In this document: piece by piece, positions 29,123 to 32,000 of the stretch
Numbering within the stretch: position 1 is the first letter of the stretch
How the letters are laid out: every line of letters begins with the position of its first letter
From: Caedibacter taeniospiralis
Lineage (GTDB): Bacteria > Pseudomonadota > Gammaproteobacteria > Francisellales > Francisellaceae
Reading direction: 5' to 3'
DNA: 32,000 nt
Assembly: GCF_002803295.2 (NCBI RefSeq)
Contig: NZ_PGGB02000011.1
Span: forward strand, 77 to 32,076
The notes under the pieces: generated by a model
The model's database searches: none
The model's input: the letters and a program-made list of their open reading frames with translations, nothing else
What the model was told of the DNA's origin: nothing
Position numbers and translations under genes: made by a program

Positions 29123-30772
29123 TTATTTTTGATCACCATAATTAAGGGAAAACCACTTGTCATAAACGTGGTCTAGATGGTTTATCTCCATATGATAATT
29201 CACCACATACGGTTTCACCAGATGTGTTACGTTTTGTGCATAAAGCGGGATACTCGGATAATCGTTTTGCATAAGCATTAATGCCTTGGTGTAGTAAGGT
29301 ACTGCCGCATCAGCGGTAAGTTGTTTTTGCCCTTCTGCAATCAACTTATCATATTCAGTATTGCAATAACCTGAGTTATTCTGTGGATTACCACACGTCC
29401 ACATCGTGGCAAAGTTATCGATAGTATTAAAATCCGCTACCCAGCCATCTCGGGCAACACCATCATAATTATGTGACTGACGCACTTTAAGAAATACTTT
29501 GAACTCCGAATTTGCCAAAGTCACCTTAACACCAAGATTCTGCACCCACATCTGCGCTATGGCTTCCATGTCCTTTTTATGCTGCTCATCGGTATTGTAA
29601 TCAATTGAAATTTTGAGTGGATTTTCCTTGGAATAACCCGCTTCCGCATAGAGTTTACGTGCAAGCTCAAGGCGCTTGTCAGCAGGTTCATTACTCCAGC
29701 TGTATTTCACATCCTTATAGCGAGCACCATCAATATCAGGTGGAAACAGGCTATAAGCAGCGCTACTGCCATCGCGCACGACATTTCTGACCAGGTCTTC
29801 TCGATCAATTGCCAAAGAGAGAGCTTCGCGTAACTTGGGATTGTCTTTAAACACTGATTTGGTCATATTGAAATCAAGATACTCTAAGGTTAGCCAGGGT
29901 GTTTGCTTCAGCTGATTCCCATATTGCTTTTTAAGCATGTCAAGGTTAATGGTTGGAATATACATCACATAATCAATCTGTCCTGAGGCAAAATTATTCA
30001 AGGCAGAAGTTCGTTCAACAATCGGTACAAATTTCACATTTTGAATCTGCACATTCTTAGCATCCCAATAATACGGATTTTTTGTGACAAGCACATAGCC
30101 GTTGGGAACCCAATCTTTTAGCATGTACGGACCATTGCTGATGAGTCGCCCTGCCTGAAAAAATCCTTGTCCGTATTGCTCAACTCCTTGTTTGTACACA
30201 GGATAGCTGACAGGATCCGCGATAATGCTTAAGAAGTAATACACTGGATAATCCAAGGTAATTTGTAACTCATGCGAATTGATCACCTTAACCCCTAAAC
30301 TTGAAACAGGTCGTTTTCCATCCATAATGGCTTGCGCGTTTTGAATTGGGGTAAGCTTATACGCCATTTCTGAAGCGGTTTTCGGATCTACCGCGCGCTT
30401 TAGGGAATATTCAAAATCATAGGCGGTTACAGATTCGCCATTTGACCATTTGGCATCATCTCTGAGAGAAAAAGTGTAGATAAGACCATCTTCGGATTCT
30501 TTCCACGATTTTGCCACACCAGCAACTGGATTATTAGATTGATCCTCGGTCATTAACCCCTCACTAAGATCATACAAAATTCCCGCCGCCACATTCGTTT
30601 GCACATGAGCAGGATCAAGAGATTCAGGTTCCGAGCCATTCCCTCTGAGCAAAATATCCTTGCTTTTTGGCGCAAACTGACCCGACTGTGCTGACGAGTT
30701 TTCACTATTCCCACCACAGCCAATAATCAACACAGCAGACAACACTACCGATGCCAGTTTAATTTTTTCCAT
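29123..30772 (-). CDS. oppA: Oligopeptide ABC transporter periplasmic substrate-binding lipoprotein
   Basis: Signal/lipobox VVLSAVLIIGCGG; SBP_bac_5-type sequence RGNGSEPESLDPAHVQTNVAAGILYDLSEGLM. ATG at 30772 (MEKIKLAS) is preferred over the track start at 30793. Confidence 0.92.
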   Translation of the reverse strand: MEKIKLASVVLSAVLIIGCGGNSENSSAQSGQFAPKSKDILLRGNGSEPESLDPAHVQTNVAAGILYDLSEGLMTEDQSNNPVAGVAKSWKESEDGLIYTFSLRDDAKWSNGESVTAYDFEYSLKRAVDPKTASEMAYKLTPIQNAQAIMDGKRPVSSLGVKVINSHELQITLDYPVYYFLSIIADPVSYPVYKQGVEQYGQGFFQAGRLISNGPYMLKDWVPNGYVLVTKNPYYWDAKNVQIQNVKFVPIVERTSALNNFASGQIDYVMYIPTINLDMLKKQYGNQLKQTPWLTLEYLDFNMTKSVFKDNPKLREALSLAIDREDLVRNVVRDGSSAAYSLFPPDIDGARYKDVKYSWSNEPADKRLELARKLYAEAGYSKENPLKISIDYNTDEQHKKDMEAIAQMWVQNLGVKVTLANSEFKVFLKVRQSHNYDGVARDGWVADFNTIDNFATMWTCGNPQNNSGYCNTEYDKLIAEGQKQLTADAAVPYYTKALMLMQNDYPSIPLYAQNVTHLVKPYVVNYHMEINHLDHVYDKWFSLNYGDQK

Positions 30773-30895
30773 ATTATTCTCCCCTAGAGACAAAGTTGTT
30801 TACCGTCAAAAATTAAGTTACATCTTTTTACTATTATTGTCACGAAGAAAATATCAAGCTAATGTAAATTTATTACAAACCATCTGCTGCTTATT

Positions 30896-30914
30896 CCCCT
30901 CTTTTCAAGAGGGG
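30896..30914. repeat. Hairpin with perfect 8-bp stem
   Basis: CCCCTCTT-TTC-AAGAGGGG. Confidence 0.85.
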
Positions 30915-30915
30915 T

Positions 30916-30959
30916 GCCGAGCAAGCCTGACCACTTTAAAGTGGTCAGGCTTGCTCGGC
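30916..30959. repeat. 44-bp perfect palindrome
   Basis: GCCGAGCAAGCCTGACCACTTTAAAGTGGTCAGGCTTGCTCGGC is identical to its own reverse complement. Confidence 0.95.
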
Positions 30960-31051
30960 GGGGTGTTTTTAAAAGCGCATCGGTGCTCAGCACCATAGGG
31001 TGGGCGGAAATATGCTCACCGCCGAAAAATCTTTTCCCTTTTGCTTGCTCT

Positions 31052-32000
31052 CTAAAGACATTGCCGTTTGTATTTCAGAAAAATAACTAACAAAATGAAT
31101 AAAGAACCGCTGGCAAATCCCATTGCCCAAGCGACATTTATCGTCATAAAAACTCCCCCAAGCACACCTGCGACACCCCAGCCAATCCCCTTAGCCAGGG
31201 CGTATAAGACCCCTGAAATAAAACCCTGGTATACCACAGGAACGGCATTTGAAAATCCAACAACCAGTAGCGAAAACACGACCATATCCCCAAAAGCCAT
31301 GAAGAAACTCACTATATACGCAATTGCTTGAACATTCGCTGGATATATCGCTAACAGGGTTGCACCGATGGTCCCTATCAGCATCGCCAATACAGCAACG
31401 ATAAAAAGACAAATGTGAGATAAAAACCGCTGTAATACAGGCAGTAAAACCAGGGCTGAAATCATCAGTGATAAACCAATGAAACTAACCAGAAAACCAA
31501 TCTCTGAAACAGAAAAACCAAGTTTTAATTTTGCCAATGGTTGAATAAACTGAAAATACATTCCCCACGCCAGTTGATCAAATAGCAAAAGCGCAATGAG
31601 AATAGCGATTTTCTTCTGCTTTAGTAAGCAATACACCGCAGAAAACAGCTTTTCCGTGTGATCTATTTTTTGCTGTTGATAATACTTATCTGGAGCATAA
31701 CAACGCCAGACAAATAAAATTAGGACAACAGAGGCAACACTGACAAGATAATAAGGCGCAATATAGCTGTCAGCCCATATCATCATTAAGCTTCCCAAAA
31801 AAGGACCAATCACAAAAGCGAGCCCCGTAAAAAACTGCAGCAACCCAATCCATAACAGTTTACGTTTGTCATGGTGTGCCGCACTTGAAATACTCGCAAT
31901 AACCACAGGAAACATCCCATATAACAGGTGTCCTAATGCAGAACCCAGGATAAATAACTCAAGGTAATGTACATAAGCTGAAAACACGGTCAAAGCGCCT
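31052..32000 (-). CDS. MFS-like transporter, N-terminus cut by the window edge
   Basis: Hydrophobic multi-TM ORF (LGSALGHLLYGMFPVVIASISS..., SQIGFLVSFIGLSLMISALVLLPVLQRF-like). The frame stays open through 32000; the 31993 start is a TTG and probably not the real start. Confidence 0.75.
   Translation of the reverse strand, partial: GALTVFSAYVHYLELFILGSALGHLLYGMFPVVIASISSAAHHDKRKLLWIGLLQFFTGLAFVIGPFLGSLMMIWADSYIAPYYLVSVASVVLILFVWRCYAPDKYYQQQKIDHTEKLFSAVYCLLKQKKIAILIALLLFDQLAWGMYFQFIQPLAKLKLGFSVSEIGFLVSFIGLSLMISALVLLPVLQRFLSHICLFIVAVLAMLIGTIGATLLAIYPANVQAIAYIVSFFMAFGDMVVFSLLVVGFSNAVPVVYQGFISGVLYALAKGIGWGVAGVLGGVFMTINVAWAMGFASGSLFILLVIFLKYKRQCL

Noticed and set aside
1-32000. CRISPR array, prophage, retron/DGR or biosynthetic cluster
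   Set aside because: No regularly spaced repeats, no cas, phage, RT or integrase-like ORFs, and no clustered accessory enzymes seen on either strand in the supplied ORF track or sequence.

Overview
This 32 kb window looks like a mostly housekeeping chromosomal segment from an AT-leaning gammaproteobacterium. Gene content and layouts (uvrY/letA-uvrC, bamC-purC, rpsO-pnp, recA-recX, oppABCDF) fit a Legionella/Coxiella-like lineage, but that placement is inference. Recognisable genes, in order: HAD (SerB-like) phosphatase, def, queF, plsY, mutM, holA, a FimT/GspH-type pseudopilin, tRNA-Lys(UUU), hemL, an ATP-grasp glutathione synthetase (gshB), erpA, pnp, rpsO, pyrE, uvrC, a GacA/UvrY/LetA-type regulator, rnd, purC, bamC, an MFS transporter, recX, recA, smpB, ttcA, a YlqF/RbgA-type GTPase, a DUF4143-type AAA ATPase, oppF/D/C/B/A, and an edge-truncated MFS transporter. 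I found no CRISPR array, prophage, intact transposon or convincing novel multi-gene system. The points worth a second look are: (i) oppB appears split by a single-base frameshift near 28703; (ii) a 44-bp perfect palindrome sits in a cluster of four hairpins at 30896-31023; (iii) the recA/smpB intergenic region carries an 18-bp palindrome with a CACTTTAAAGTG core shared with (ii), plus an element recurring in inverted orientation at 25064-25100; (iv) degenerate gene remnants are present (an MFS C-terminus at 17957-18184, a possible Rpn/PD-(D/E)XK nuclease tail at 4982-5131); (v) a lone accessory ATPase lies between rbgA and the opp operon; (vi) no LexA box is visible upstream of recA.
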